A stretch of DNA of 64,000 nucleotides, taken from NCBI GenBank assembly GCA_002011125.2, contig MTMF02000009.1:1288989-1352988 (forward strand), read 5' to 3'. The notes beneath the pieces are model-generated. The model saw nothing but the letters and a program-made list of their open reading frames with translations. It ran no database searches and was not told the origin of the DNA. The stretch's first letter is position 1, and each line of letters opens with the position of its first letter. The position numbers and the translations under genes are program-made. This stretch comes from Candidatus Hydrothermarchaeum profundi (lineage in GTDB: Archaea; Hydrothermarchaeota; Hydrothermarchaeia; Hydrothermarchaeales; Hydrothermarchaeaceae). This document shows, in pieces, positions 9,137-17,656 of the stretch.

Positions 9137-10471
9137 TCACAAAGAAAACTTCTTTTCAAATTCTGGTAAGATGACTTTTGAACCTACTCCTTTAAATAAC
9201 TCCGGCTCTTCTGTGTGAACCGGGAACACTTTTTTAGGATTAATCTCGTTTACAACGTCAAAGATCTCCTCCTTGGAGCAGTGCCCGCTCGCATGGGCCT
9301 GATGCCTCTTCATAGCGAAGCGCCTGCACCAGTTAGACTTCACCCTGTCCTCGGGGTCCTCGTCCTCGAAGGGCTCGCTCATAGAGTGTATGAAATGCGC
9401 CCCAGGCTCTGGCTGTATGTCGATGAGCTCGGTAAAATGCGTGAAGTCCAGGTGGAGTATCAGCTCCGGCTGATGCCTGTGGACATACTCGGCGTCCACC
9501 GCCTCTTCAAGGAACTTCTCCTCCCACCTGCTGTACCTGTTCATCATCCTCTTGTAGACGAGCATGTGCTCATCTCTCAAGGGGTCCGGCACCTCTATCC
9601 CCGGGTCGTCCAGCAGGCTGCAGAGGAGGTGGGCCACCTTAGTCGAAACAACAAGCCTCCGGCCAGTCTTCTCTGCGAGCCCGTGATACGTCTTAATCCT
9701 GTCGATGTCCTTCGGGTAGAAGCAGGTGACCACCAGCCTGTCTGTACCTGATATCACGTCGTAGCAGTACTCCCATACCTCTTGCTCTGTGAAGTTCTTC
9801 CTCTTCTCAACCCTGGCTACCCGGGTTCCCTCGCATATCATGGCGATGGGCCGCTCCTCCTTCGCCTTGTCTATGAAGTCCCGGGTCATCCTCGCCATGG
9901 GGCCATGCATCCTGAAGTCGCCAGTGTAGACGACGGGGCCCTCGGAGGCGTATATGACGAAGCCATAGGCCGAGGGCGTAGAGTGGTCGACGTGTATAGG
10001 GTATACCTCTATGTCGTCGATCTTGATGCAGTCCCCCGTCTTAAAGGTCTTGTAGTCATGTGGCCCGAAGTTGACTGACGTGCTCGTGGTCTCCCAGGAC
10101 TCGATTATCCTCTTCGCCGTCGCCCCAAGGTAGACGGGTATGTCCTCGTCAACGTATGAGATATGAGAGACGTGGTCTCCATGGGGGTGAGACAGGAATA
10201 CTCCCTGGAACTCTGGCTCGGAATAATTAAGATTTGTGGGCTCCAGCATCCTCCTAGAGTAGAGCCCCCTTATCTCTGGCATTAGGCCGAGGGCGAACAG
10301 GTCTCTTAACCCGAACCTAGAAGTCCTCGGGGTCAGCCAGCCCGTGAAGTACTCGCCTCCGAAGCCGAAGGCTTCGCCGTGGTCGAGGAATATCTTGGTG
10401 TCACCGTCCTCTAGGAGGAACTTGTTACCCCCTATCTCGCCCACCCCGCCATAGAAGGTGAGTGACACCAT
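9137..10471 (-). CDS. RNase J-like metallo-beta-lactamase/beta-CASP hydrolase
   Basis: LTFYGGVGEIGGNK, SHPHGDH, VDHS, YTGDFR, HASGH, PVHTE; start refined to MVSLTF. Confidence 0.9.
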   Translation of the reverse strand: MVSLTFYGGVGEIGGNKFLLEDGDTKIFLDHGEAFGFGGEYFTGWLTPRTSRFGLRDLFALGLMPEIRGLYSRRMLEPTNLNYSEPEFQGVFLSHPHGDHVSHISYVDEDIPVYLGATAKRIIESWETTSTSVNFGPHDYKTFKTGDCIKIDDIEVYPIHVDHSTPSAYGFVIYASEGPVVYTGDFRMHGPMARMTRDFIDKAKEERPIAMICEGTRVARVEKRKNFTEQEVWEYCYDVISGTDRLVVTCFYPKDIDRIKTYHGLAEKTGRRLVVSTKVAHLLCSLLDDPGIEVPDPLRDEHMLVYKRMMNRYSRWEEKFLEEAVDAEYVHRHQPELILHLDFTHFTELIDIQPEPGAHFIHSMSEPFEDEDPEDRVKSNWCRRFAMKRHQAHASGHCSKEEIFDVVNEINPKKVFPVHTEEPELFKGVGSKVILPEFEKKFSL

Positions 10472-10701
10472 ACAAGAACAGGTAGAGTTCATAGTATTTT
10501 ATTTTTATGAGGATATGGCGCAGACTAAGAAATAAAGCTTGACTTTTACTTTGCTCTTGGCAAAAAGATAAATACCCGTAGGCTCTAGGATCCTTTATAG
10601 GAGTACCTTAGCTAACCTTCCCGTAGAACATGGGTGTCAGGTCCCTCGCTGTTAAGGGGGAATTGTAAGAGGAAGGCATATCGGAGGAGGCGTCTAAAAA
10701 A

Positions 10702-11166
10702 ATGATGAGGTACTGGCAGGTTTCCGCTGGAGACGGGGGAAGAGACTATACAGACGTATTCTTAAAATACGGGGTAATGCTTCTTGCTCCAGGCGACTCG
10801 GGGGAATACTTCCAGAATCGAGAGCATTATTATAGTGATGTAAGGGCGCTTGCGGAGGAGGTTAAAGAGGGCGATATCGTTGTATTAAAGAGGCGTCATG
10901 GGAGGCTGTGGAAAGCGGTGGCTATAGGCACTGTTATAGGGGAATACGACTACCTACCTGTCTTCGAGGATGTTGACGGATGGGATATGCAGCACTGTAG
11001 ACATGTTGAATGGAGAAGGCCCAGACACCCGGTTACGGTTAGTGGCTTAGCAAGAGGCGCGTTTAAAGAGATTAAAAGACCGGACGTGATAGAGAAGGTT
11101 GACAGGCTGATGAGATCAGAGGCCCTAGAGACTCTTATGCGAGAGCCTATACCTGAGAGACTTTAG
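10702..11166 (+). CDS. PUA/EVE-like domain of the type found N-terminal in McrB/Mrr proteins, probably truncated
   Basis: YWQVSAG...VKEGDIVVL...AIGTVIGEYDY...RHVEW; ends at TAG TAG followed by non-coding AT-rich DNA. Confidence 0.55.
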   Translation: MMRYWQVSAGDGGRDYTDVFLKYGVMLLAPGDSGEYFQNREHYYSDVRALAEEVKEGDIVVLKRRHGRLWKAVAIGTVIGEYDYLPVFEDVDGWDMQHCRHVEWRRPRHPVTVSGLARGAFKEIKRPDVIEKVDRLMRSEALETLMREPIPERL

Positions 11167-11365
11167 TAGCATGAGTTTGAAGGATCTTTTTTAGAGAATA
11201 CTATTTCCTCCAACTCCTTCTTAACACTCTTAATTCTTACATAAAATCGAATATTTTAAACTGCTAAGAGTTTTTTCCTAATGATTAAACAATGTCATAG
11301 CAAAATTTTTTATTTTTGAGAAAGTTTATTAAAAAATACTTAAATTACTATTATTAGTACTCTGA

Positions 11366-11381
11366 CCGAAAAGTTTATATA
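11366..11381 (+). promoter_or_regulatory. Archaeal BRE-TATA promoter of the 11439-13660 operon
   Basis: CCGAAAAG-TTTATATA; GAGGTGA SD at 11425-11431. Confidence 0.7.
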
Positions 11382-11438
11382 TATCAATTGCTCATACAAT
11401 TTTATAAAGATGCTTTATCAAAAAGAGGTGATAAAAAA

Positions 11439-11915
11439 ATGAAACTGAATCCTATTACTTCTAGAGTTAGGAGATGGGGGAACATGTTAGTGCTACCTAT
11501 CCCAGAGCCTGTGGCAGAGCTTTTAGGAATTGAGGAGGGGGATCAAGTCAAGTTTTTCCCCGAAAAAGTAGAGCCACAGAAAAGTCTGCCGCCTTTAGAG
11601 GTCAGAGATAAAACAGGAGAAGAAATAAAGATAGAATTAACGGAGGCTGCTATCAAATGGCCTCATCTCCCTCTGAAAAAGGACATTAGGAGCTTATTCC
11701 CTGATGACAGCGTGGACTTTTTTTTGGAGTTTGAGGGCGTGGTAGAGAGAGTGCACGTTGCCGCTAATAAGATAGCGATAGGTAAATTCAAAAACCTGCT
11801 TAAGAGCCACAATTTTCGGCCTAAGAGTAAAGTGATTATAAGAGTGGTTAAACCATGGGAGGAATACAAGCTGGTCTTCCCAGAAAAAATAGTATCGCAA
11901 GGGGAGAATGAATGA
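11439..11915 (+). CDS. AbrB/MazE-type DNA-binding domain fused to a B3-like beta domain
   Basis: SRVRRWGNMLVLPIPEPVAELLGIEEGDQV is a typical AbrB/MazE motif; start refined to the ATG after GAGGTGA. Confidence 0.75.
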   Translation: MKLNPITSRVRRWGNMLVLPIPEPVAELLGIEEGDQVKFFPEKVEPQKSLPPLEVRDKTGEEIKIELTEAAIKWPHLPLKKDIRSLFPDDSVDFFLEFEGVVERVHVAANKIAIGKFKNLLKSHNFRPKSKVIIRVVKPWEEYKLVFPEKIVSQGENE

Positions 11916-13453
11916 TCGATATAATCCCTAGGCTTAAGACCTTGTGGCTTAACCGTGTTGGCTGCATTGAGGAAGCCTCTATAAGGTTCAATAGCCGTGT
12001 GAATGTTATATGTGGCCCAGACGCTTCCGGGAAGACAACATTTGTTAGGTCGATCCTATCTGTTCTCGGCGAGGATAGAGGCTCGCTGAGCGCATCACGT
12101 GGGAGAGGTAGGAAGGGGTGTATAAGGCTGGAGGCAGATTCGTTTTCAGTGGAAGGAGTCTTCACTGAGGCGGGTTTACTTGTAGGCTGGGAGAAAGGGA
12201 GAAGGGATGCCGTGGGTGGAGCATTGTTGATAGATGACGCTGATCTCATGTTCAAGGATCCACGGGCGGTATGGGAGCTGGGTGAGGCGCTTGGCATGCA
12301 GGTCATCATGACGGCTGGCGATCAGAGGTTCGCAGGGATACCCGGGGCGAGGGTGTTCAGATTAGAGAGGAGCCCTGAGACGGGGCTTAGCAGGGTGAAC
12401 CATCCATCGAATAATGCGGTAGGGAGAATGTGCTACCGCTATGTTCCCCTTACGGTGGATAGGCGCGTCAATGAGGCCCGTATACATAGGTTTGCTGAAA
12501 AATGGGCTGCCGGGGATACGGTGTTCTCTAGGCGTTTCATAATCTTTAAGCGCCATGGCCTGGAGTATCGCTTCGGGGTGGAGGAGGCATGTCTGGCTGA
12601 TTACTTGGACATGGGGCGCCGCCATAGGGGTGACTTGGGGCTGCATTTCTTCAGGTGCCTCTGCATCCATCTCCCAGCAGGCGTCTATAGGCTTTGGCTT
12701 GGGCTGTTTAAATGCAACCTAGAGATCAAGGACGAGGACCACGGGAGGACATGGATACTAGGTGGAGTGGACTTAAGGGGCCTTGAGGTATGGTATGTCC
12801 TTAGAGAGAGTTATAGATTCGAGGATGGTGAGCGCTTCATCGAGTTCGTTAAGGAGGTCAGGAAGAAGCCTGAGGTGGCTCGAAGGGCCCGGGAGATACT
12901 TAAGGCAATGGATAGAGGGATAGGCCTGCCCTTGGGTAGGCGTGTGCGGCTTCAAGTCAGAGCAATGCTTGAGGGGGGCATCTGGCGTCTTGTGCCCTAT
13001 AATTTCGAGGGCGATGCGGTAACGCTGGAGGGCGGCCTAGGGGATCTTCTCATGTTGATTGACACGGCGCAAAGAGGCAGGGAAGCTTTTTCAATGCTTA
13101 GAAGACTTGTTCCCGGTGTGGTTCTGGAGGAGTGGACGCATAGGTGTCTGGAGGTTGAGGAGGAGGCTTGGAAGCTGGTGGAGGAGCTTCAGCTGGCCTA
13201 CAGCAGTAGGATAAGTCGGTATGCAGACATGGGCAGGCGTGGCTTCTTGGTCGAAGGCGAGAGTGGGAGGACGTATTTCGTGGACGAGGACTCCCTCGGG
13301 GTCTATGTCTACCCCGGGTTCCGTGAGGTCTGCGTCCAAGACGTGGAGGAGCAGGTGATGCCCTGGGGAGATAGGATCGCCTCTAGGATCCTTCTCTTGA
13401 TGAATGACTTGAAGCTGGGATCGAGTGTGCATACGCTCTTTGAAAGGAGGTGA
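11912..13453 (+). CDS. Minimal ABC/SMC-type ATPase domain fused to an uncharacterised region of about 340 aa
   Basis: Walker A GPDASGKT, Walker B LLIDD, QVIMT; C-terminal FLVEGESGRTY...EVCVQD...GDRIASRILLLMND; possible internal start at 12428 after GGGAGA. Confidence 0.6.
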   Translation: MIDIIPRLKTLWLNRVGCIEEASIRFNSRVNVICGPDASGKTTFVRSILSVLGEDRGSLSASRGRGRKGCIRLEADSFSVEGVFTEAGLLVGWEKGRRDAVGGALLIDDADLMFKDPRAVWELGEALGMQVIMTAGDQRFAGIPGARVFRLERSPETGLSRVNHPSNNAVGRMCYRYVPLTVDRRVNEARIHRFAEKWAAGDTVFSRRFIIFKRHGLEYRFGVEEACLADYLDMGRRHRGDLGLHFFRCLCIHLPAGVYRLWLGLFKCNLEIKDEDHGRTWILGGVDLRGLEVWYVLRESYRFEDGERFIEFVKEVRKKPEVARRAREILKAMDRGIGLPLGRRVRLQVRAMLEGGIWRLVPYNFEGDAVTLEGGLGDLLMLIDTAQRGREAFSMLRRLVPGVVLEEWTHRCLEVEEEAWKLVEELQLAYSSRISRYADMGRRGFLVEGESGRTYFVDEDSLGVYVYPGFREVCVQDVEEQVMPWGDRIASRILLLMNDLKLGSSVHTLFERR

Positions 13454-13660
13454 ATGAGGATGGTGAAGGTTAAGATATTGGATGGCAGGGGGCATGCCCT
13501 GCTTGAGCTGGGCCCTGAGGAGGCCCTGCATGAGCTTAAGGCCCGGGAGGGCAGATGGGTCTTTGTGGACGGTGAATACACGCCATGCAGGGAGCTCTCT
13601 GTAGAGCGCCTTAGAGGCGCCCTTGAGGTGGTGGTCACCTATCCGCTTCAGGGAGGATAA
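13454..13660 (+). CDS. Ubiquitin-like (beta-grasp/SAMP-like) small protein
   Basis: 68 aa, N-terminal beta hairpin, WVFVDG strand, terminal VVVTYPLQGG-stop; SD GGAGGTGA overlaps the upstream stop. Confidence 0.75.
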   Translation: MRMVKVKILDGRGHALLELGPEEALHELKAREGRWVFVDGEYTPCRELSVERLRGALEVVVTYPLQGG

Positions 13661-13713
13661 AAAATATCAACTGGAGGAGAACGAGCCGCTGGACTCCCTT
13701 GATGAAAATTAGC

Positions 13714-13742
13714 GAGCGGGGGATGCTCCACTGCCCCCGCTT
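13714..13742 (+). terminator. GC-rich hairpin downstream of the ubiquitin-like gene
   Basis: GAGCGGGGG-N11-CCCCCGCTT inverted repeat. Confidence 0.35.
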
Positions 13743-13850
13743 CTCCTTAGGTCCATACAACTACTTATTTGGACTTTTAAGTGTTCTACATCCCTTTCAG
13801 CTAAAAAATAAGAAACGTTATGTGAGGTTCTTGAATTCTTGGTATAGGAG

Positions 13851-14573
13851 GTGAAGGATATGGAAATAGAACATAGTTTGGACGACAATACCCAAATAAA
13901 ATATGGGTTACTTACATGGAAAAAACAGGAAGACGACAAATATAGACAAGTCCTACCTGACGGCGAATTTACAATAGACTTTCTCGGCAAGAAGATCCCA
14001 AGCCGCAGGGTAGATTGGGAGAGGCACAGATTGTCAATCGGTCCAAAGAATATGGAAGGGTTAAAGCCGGAGGATAAACTTCTTATTTCCAGAACGCCTG
14101 ATGGCACTGTGATTATAAAGAAAAAAAAGGAAAAATCATTACCTAAAAAAGTTCTTTTTGTTACCTATTGTAGCAGAAAAAAGAGGACTTATCCTGAGAG
14201 ATATGCTCCCGCGATAAATAGATACGACTCCCTGAGGATTGAAAGAGTCTATGAGGAAAGCCTTAAGAGAGGGAAGGATTTCGCAATTTTATCTGGCAAG
14301 TACGGTTTGATTAGAGCGCACACTATGATTCGTTGGTATGATAAGAAACTAGAAGATAAGGATATAAATCGGGTTTCAGAATTGGTTAAGGATTTCTTAA
14401 GGAGAGAAAGAATAGAAAAGGTTGTTTATTACACCGAGCCACTAAACGAGGATGAAAACCTAAGGCATTATTATAAGTGCATTAGGAAGGCGTGTAAAGA
14501 ACTTGACATATCATTCCAAGAAGTAGAGATACCTAGATTACCTGTAGAACCGGAGAATCAAGGAACTTTGTAA
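13851..14573 (+). CDS. B3-like N-terminal domain fused to a DUF6884-like domain
   Basis: VLFVTYCSRKK...PAINRYDS...FAILSGKYGLI...WYDKKL signature shared with 5426..6256; GGAGGTGA SD. Confidence 0.7.
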   Translation: MKDMEIEHSLDDNTQIKYGLLTWKKQEDDKYRQVLPDGEFTIDFLGKKIPSRRVDWERHRLSIGPKNMEGLKPEDKLLISRTPDGTVIIKKKKEKSLPKKVLFVTYCSRKKRTYPERYAPAINRYDSLRIERVYEESLKRGKDFAILSGKYGLIRAHTMIRWYDKKLEDKDINRVSELVKDFLRRERIEKVVYYTEPLNEDENLRHYYKCIRKACKELDISFQEVEIPRLPVEPENQGTL

Positions 14574-14673
14574 CATGATCCAAATCCGTGGATAAATGAT
14601 TAAAAAACCTAACGCTTATTGATATCTTGCGACGAAATTACCTGAAAGATAAACGCAGACCTTCTCCTATATA

Positions 14674-15441
14674 TTATTTTCCCGCCTTCTTTGCTAGCTC
14701 ACGGAGAAGCCTGCAGGTGAATCCATAGGACAAGTGATTGTTCTTCCACTTCGGGTTATTCGGCGATGGGATCTTACACCAGACAAAGCTATCAGGGTCC
14801 TCCTTACGTGGATGCTCCTCAATCCAACGCTGCAAAGCCAGGCTAGAGGCTACCAGCCTTACACGCCTGTCACCCGTCTTACCGCTGACCCTCAGCACGG
14901 CCCCATACCTGTCAAAGACTACATGCCTAAGCCTAAGTGGAAGAAACTCCCCGATCCGACAACCAGACTCATAGAGAGCCAGCACCAGGGCCCTATCACG
15001 AGTAGTATAGGCAGCCTTTGATAGCTTTTTTACCTCCTCCTCAGTAAGGATCTCTTGCGGAAATCGGCCGTTCTTAACGCTCTTTACCTTAAGCCAGCTG
15101 ATGGCCTCTCTCTTCCCTATGAAACGCATGTACTTCCTCAGGACAACCTTGTAGTCATGCTTGGTCCAGTTGCTATAGTTGGACTTCTCTATCTCAGCCA
15201 CTAGAGCCTTAATGTCTTTTTCTTCCGCGTTCAGGAAAGGCTTGCCAATCATTCTGTTAAGCACCTGCAAGGTTGCTAGGTATTTAACCACCCTTCCAGC
15301 GCTAATTCCATTAGCTACAGCGTCCTGATAGAACCTTCTTAGATCCTCTAGGTCTTCATCGAAGAACCTCCCCCCTTCGGATAGGTATTTCTCTGCGCTC
15401 CTCTCTAAAGTCTTTTTCAAGTTATGTATGTCCTCGGCCAT
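14674..15441 (-). pseudogene. Tyrosine recombinase/integrase, C-terminally truncated
   Basis: RDRALVLALYESGCRIGE and GKTGDR present; ORF stops at LAKKAGK before the HxxRH box and catalytic Tyr; no continuation seen in other frames. Confidence 0.85.
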
Positions 15442-15500
15442 ATCTCAAACCTCCAAATTCAATGCTAATAAATGCTAAGGCTCAAGACGTGGCCAAGGAT

Positions 15501-15574
15501 AGCCCCCGGCGGGATTTGAACCCGCGACCTGCGGTTTACGAGACCGCCGCTCTGGCCAGCTGAGCTACGGAGGC
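15501..15574 (-). tRNA. tRNA-Thr(CGT)
   Basis: GCCTCCG/CGGGGGC acceptor stem, GCGGT-CTCGTAA-ACCGC anticodon arm, GGTTCAAATCC T arm; CCA not encoded. Confidence 0.95.
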
Positions 15575-15618
15575 ATTTCTTTTATTTATAGGAAGTGATT
15601 TCAATAAAAAAATTAGGG

Positions 15619-16032
15619 TTATATGATTTCTATCCTCATCTCGAGCTTCTGATTATCCTTCTTTAAAAGCTCTACTAATCTCCTATCTAACTCCGCTGAG
15701 CTCTTGTTTGCTTTTATCATGAGGGTCCTAGGGCAGATAAATTTACTTTTCCTAACTACGATATCAGTCTCATGGGAAAATGTAAGTTCTGGATGCCCTC
15801 TTCCATAAATGGTCTCTTGAAGACCACCTACATTCAATATAACTTTAATAACGCTGTTTTTATCCCTTGCCCTCTTCTTGAATTCCTCGCTGAGGTCTTT
15901 TAAGCCTTTATTTGCTTTTACTCCTATTATACAGTCAGCTCTCTTAGAGATCTCGCTGTCTTTTGTTATCTCAAAGGTTGTCTTATGTTTAGAGGTGATA
16001 TTTGGGTGTCCTCTTGCTATGATTGTTTCCAT
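15619..16032 (-). CDS. DUF371 family protein
   Basis: ARGHPNI...HKTTFEITKD...DCIIGV...VRKS.FICPRTL. Confidence 0.9.
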   Translation of the reverse strand: METIIARGHPNITSKHKTTFEITKDSEISKRADCIIGVKANKGLKDLSEEFKKRARDKNSVIKVILNVGGLQETIYGRGHPELTFSHETDIVVRKSKFICPRTLMIKANKSSAELDRRLVELLKKDNQKLEMRIEII

Positions 16033-16073
16033 AAATTAAAGGTTTAAATCTAACGATATTGAAATATATACGC

Positions 16074-16715
16074 ATGTATGAGAAAGAAAGGGGGGAGATG
16101 GTTGATCGACTTATAGCCTTCGGATACCTCAAGGACCCCCGGGTTGCTGAGGCAATGAAAAAAGTTCCCAGACATTTATTTGTCCCCGAGGATGTTAGGC
16201 GGTACTCCTATGATGATGCGCCATTACCAATAGGCGAGGGACAGACTATCTCTGCGCCCCACATGGTAGCGATGATGTGCGATCATCTCGAGCTTGAAGA
16301 AAACCATAAGGTTCTGGAGGTAGGAGGAGGATCTGGTTATCATGCATGTGTTATAGCACATATTGTCAAGAAGGGGATAGTTATTTCGATTGAGAGAATG
16401 GAAAAGCTCGCAGAAAAAGCCCGGGAAAATCTTTTGAAGGCAGGATGTAGCCGGGTTAAGATTATAGTTGGAGATGGAACTGAAGGCTATCCGCCAGAAG
16501 CGCCCTACGATAGAATATTTGTAACAGCAGGAGCTCCGAGGGTACCAGAGCCGTTGATTGAACAGCTTAAAGAAGGTGGCAGGCTTTTAATACCTGTTGG
16601 TTCGAGATATACTCAGGAGTTGTTAAAGATCGATAAGTTGCCGAGTGGGCGTTTGGTTAAAAAGAGGGTTGGGGGATGTGCCTTTGTTCCTCTTATCGGG
16701 AGATATGGATGGTAA
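16074..16715 (+). CDS. pcm: Protein-L-isoaspartate O-methyltransferase
   Basis: VPRHLFVP, GQTISAPHMVA, VLEVGGGSGY, APYDRI; start refined. Confidence 0.95.
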   Translation: MYEKERGEMVDRLIAFGYLKDPRVAEAMKKVPRHLFVPEDVRRYSYDDAPLPIGEGQTISAPHMVAMMCDHLELEENHKVLEVGGGSGYHACVIAHIVKKGIVISIERMEKLAEKARENLLKAGCSRVKIIVGDGTEGYPPEAPYDRIFVTAGAPRVPEPLIEQLKEGGRLLIPVGSRYTQELLKIDKLPSGRLVKKRVGGCAFVPLIGRYGW

Positions 16716-16747
16716 AGTATAAGTATCTAGCGACCATCCCTTCTCAT

Positions 16748-17470
16748 ATGAAAAAAATTCTAGCGGTACTTTTTTTAATGGCGCTACTCACAGGCTGTCT
16801 TCAGCCATCAGAAGAAGAAAAGTCTACGCTACAAGTGAATGCCATAGGAACCTTAAAGGCGACCCCAGATATTGCGGTTATCTCTTTTGGTGTTATAACT
16901 CAAGATGAAGACCCAAACAAAGCGCTAAAAGCTAATTCTGAGAAAATGAATGAGGTTATTAGTGCATTGGAGAGGCTTGGAATAACCGATGAAAACATAA
17001 CGACCTCCCAAGTGGCGCTCTATCCAGAATATGAGGAGGATAAAATACGAGAAGGCGAGATGAGGAGGATAGTTGGGTATAAGGCAGTAAATACGGTAAA
17101 AGTAACTGTTTCAAGCGGAGATGATATTGGAAGGATAATCGATGAAGCTGTGCGCTCAGGCGCAAATGAGGTTAGAGGTCTTTATTTTAAGCTTAGCGAG
17201 ATAAAGAGTGCGATAGTTTATCGCGAGGCTCTTAAAATCGCTGTTAGTGAAGCTAAAGAAAAAGCAGAAATTATCGCGGATTCTATGGGAATTAAATTAG
17301 CTGGCCCATTAAAAGTTTCAGAGAGTGGACCAATAATGCCTGCCAGAAGCAAAGCTTTGGCAGTTGAAGAACTTGTAGGCACATCTACGCCAGTTAGCCC
17401 CGGTGAGCTAGAGGTATCTGCCTCGGTGTATGTTGAGTTCGAAATAAAAAGGGGGGTAAAAGACGGGTAA
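16748..17470 (+). CDS. SIMPL domain (DUF541) lipoprotein
   Basis: Signal peptide with lipobox LLTGC; PDIAVISFGV, GY.A.N.V.V, SGANEV, A..KAE.IA; start refined. Confidence 0.85.
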   Translation: MKKILAVLFLMALLTGCLQPSEEEKSTLQVNAIGTLKATPDIAVISFGVITQDEDPNKALKANSEKMNEVISALERLGITDENITTSQVALYPEYEEDKIREGEMRRIVGYKAVNTVKVTVSSGDDIGRIIDEAVRSGANEVRGLYFKLSEIKSAIVYREALKIAVSEAKEKAEIIADSMGIKLAGPLKVSESGPIMPARSKALAVEELVGTSTPVSPGELEVSASVYVEFEIKRGVKDG

Positions 17471-17531
17471 TTTGAAAAATAGGAGAGTTAAACACCCGTC
17501 ATTAATTTTCTTATGTTTAGAGGTTATATAA
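17446..17531 (-). ncRNA. Candidate small RNA gene (TATA, hairpin, C-rich tail)
   Basis: Minus-strand TTATATAA at 17524-17531, stem GACGGGT/ACCCGTC, loop CUCUCCUAUUUUU, tail UUUUACCCCCCUUUUU. Confidence 0.3.
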
Positions 17532-17656
17532 TGGTTTCTAGAGGATTTATTATCTCATATCTAAAAATAAGTTAGAAATTCTATCTAAAAAATAAAAATT
17601 TAGGATTTTTTAGGAATTAAGTTAGATTTATTAACTATATCTAATACCGTAGTGAC

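Larger units (their letters stand above)
3690..15511. mobile_element. Integrative genomic island at the tRNA-Thr 3' end, probably immobilised
   Basis: Tyrosine integrase 60 bp from the tRNA 3' end; 13/14 direct repeat GATAGCCCC(G/C)GGCG at 3690-3703 and 15498-15511; GC-rich patches (about 9.2-10.5 kb and 11.9-13.7 kb); nuclease cargo and pseudogenes. Confidence 0.65.

Noticed and set aside
9215-13638. Long alternative-frame ORFs in the GC-rich island segments (for example 9215..9751, 11848..12309, 13091..13531)
   Set aside because: Antisense shadows of well-supported genes, expected where high GC reduces stop frequency
17558-17645. Repeated TATCTAAAAA/AAGTTAGA motifs upstream of the MFS gene as an origin or operator array
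   Set aside because: Short AT-rich matches that are plausible by chance; no ORB-like G-string and no adjacent cdc6
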